Shown here: positions 62,173 through 64,000 of the stretch, piece by piece
How the letters are laid out: every line of letters starts with the position of its first letter
Numbering within the stretch: position 1 is the first letter of the stretch
From: Eledone cirrhosa
Taxonomy: Eukaryota
Length of the DNA stretch: 64,000 nucleotides
NCBI GenBank assembly: GCA_964016885.1
Contig: OZ024741.1
Span: 348,378,001 to 348,442,000 of the forward strand
Direction of reading: 5' to 3'
The notes under the pieces: generated by a model
The model's database searches: none
Told to the model about the DNA's origin: nothing
What the model saw: only the letters and a program-made list of their open reading frames with translations
Made by a program: the position numbers and the translations under genes

Positions 62173-63518
62173 TCCAGAAAACCTTTTTCTGAAGAGTGCT
62201 TTTAATCTATTGTAAAACTATATTCATTGAGTAATCAATGAATATAGTTTCTCAAGAGAAGGCCGGACATTTCCGCAGTAAAAAGAAACGCAGAGTAGTT
62301 AGATACTATAATATGTGAGAATTCCTAATCTAATGAATGCAATGTTATACGTAGTGAACTACCATTATCCTGTTCTAGAGAGTTATGATATGTATAATTA
62401 ACGCCAGTAATGACTAGATACCGACTGGGGATAAGCAAATATATTTTCGGTGAGAAAGCTATGAAGTGAGGAAAATCATGCTTGCTGAGGCAAATAGCCA
62501 GAAATCCTTTGATACTATCCCGAGAAGCGTTCCAGAAGATAATAAGAAACTATAGTATACATTATAATATACGGACATAATTTCGAACATGTGCGCATGA
62601 AGATTATTTGTATCAGGTAATGGTAGATGGGATTATTACTGCTACTTTTAATATTAAGTTTCCTATTATTCAGTTTTGGATATTGACTCTCCTTTATAAA
62701 ATTGGAGATTGTGTATGTGATTTATGAAATGCACCGAAGCATACTTTTATAGATAATCCTGACGGCATAGTAAAAACCAAATGCACCTAATGTTCAATAA
62801 TTTTATATAAGACGAATATGCCTGTCTGGCTATAAGCATTTTAGTAGGAGAAATAAAAACCACAAATCGCTCTATGTATGAGGGGTTTATAGATATATGT
62901 AACATATCACTTTCATTGGAGAGCGAGGAAAGAATTAGAGAGCAAAACGGTCAATAGCCATGAAAAAATGGATGTGATTCGCAACTCTCTCTTTAGAAAT
63001 ACTGAGGTAAAACTTTATATGATCTTGGTGCGATCAACTTTCATTCGCGGGCATTAATTCTTGAATATCTGGCGTTAAATCATTCGCTTTGAAATATAGT
63101 AAGAATATTAGAATTGATATGGTGGTCATATTACACCTGCATCTAAAGAAAGGAAGTAAGGGAGACGTTAATGTTACACTAATTACTAACATTCTATATT
63201 TGTCACAATGGATTTGGTTGGTAAATATCAATGATACGCTGGAAGATTTGATTTGGATAAAACTAGTTGAGCTGGAGATCAAATTTGAGGAAGCGGAAGG
63301 ACGCTAAATATTTGTAAACTTCGTGTTATTCGTGTCACCTGATCTAAGAGTTTGGTAAAATTGTCATGGCGCCTTCGGCGACTACTGGGTAAGAAGAAAT
63401 TCTAACTATAATTATATATTTATATGTGCATGTATGTCTGTGTGTGAGTTTGTCTACGTGTATATATGTGTGCCTGAGTCTGAGCGTGTGTTTATGTGCA
63501 TATAATTAAATAAATACA

Positions 63519-63949
63519 TTTGCTGAGATTAAAGTAAGTGAGTTTGTCACTACTCTAAAACAATAGCATACGGTCTTCAAAATGCTTTTAATTAAGCATA
63601 AAGTGTATTGCAAAATACATTATATATACATTCATATATATATTGCTATTTCAGAGCTCCAATTCTAATTTTTAATTTCTGCCTGACCGGCAACCGCTCT
63701 GTATAATCAGTTCCTGATTATTTACTAGAATTCTATAAGAATATAACATCAGTGATCTCAGTGGACAGGAGGGAGTAGTTAGCCTTGATAAGCATCAATA
63801 AATGAGAAACAAGGCCTTGTCGGCTTATCTCCCCTTGTTTGCTGAGATTAAATCAAGTGAGTTTGTCACTACCCTAAAACAATAGCATACGGTCTTCAAA
63901 ATGCTTTTAATTAAGCATAAAGTGTATTGCAAAATACATTATATATACA

Positions 63950-63955
<6 letters not shown>
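63519..63955 (+). mobile_element. 319-bp hammerhead-containing repeat, ~1.4 tandem copies
   Basis: TTTGCTGAGATTAAA..AACAATAGCATACGGTC.. starts at 63519 and again at 63838. HHR at 63781-63825. Ends in (TA)n; homologous to 18951-19128. Confidence 0.75.
63781..63825 (+). ncRNA. Type I hammerhead (U3-A8 variant)
   Basis: AGCC-TTGATAA-GCAT CAATAA ATGA-GAA-ACAAG GC CTTGT-C-GGCT: helix I 4 bp, palindromic helix III, GUC triplet; G-A mismatch at the base of helix II. Confidence 0.7.
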
Positions 63956-63997
<42 letters not shown>

Positions 63998-64000
63998 TAT

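Overview
AT-rich eukaryotic (animal) non-genic DNA, saturated with (TA)n/(CA)n/(GA)n microsatellites and retroelements. The SINE types and repeat landscape suggest a cephalopod (Octopus-like) genome; this is inference. No host protein-coding exon was recognisable, and most listed ORFs are microsatellite or antisense artefacts. Coding remnants: an internally deleted I-group LINE (gag knuckles, RNase H, C-terminal CCHC), an R4/Dong-type RT remnant, a near full-length frameshifted RTE LINE with C2H2 fingers, a 5'-truncated CR1-group ORF2 that is still open, and four Penelope-like elements (RT and/or GIY-YIG), each with an inverted copy of its 3' region at the 5' end. Main finding: a hammerhead-ribozyme (HHR) repeat system. 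A 4.6-kb array (39492-44106) has nine tandem ~470-bp non-coding units plus one inverted copy. Each unit carries a minimal type I HHR with a canonical CUGAUGA/GAAA core inside a long G-U-rich stem, as expected for a retrozyme-like, putative circular-RNA element built like the neighbouring Penelope insertions. A 126-bp and a 319-bp HHR repeat family and several Penelope pLTR HHRs are also present, three families with a covariant U3-A8 core. All folds were read by eye and need computational and experimental confirmation.
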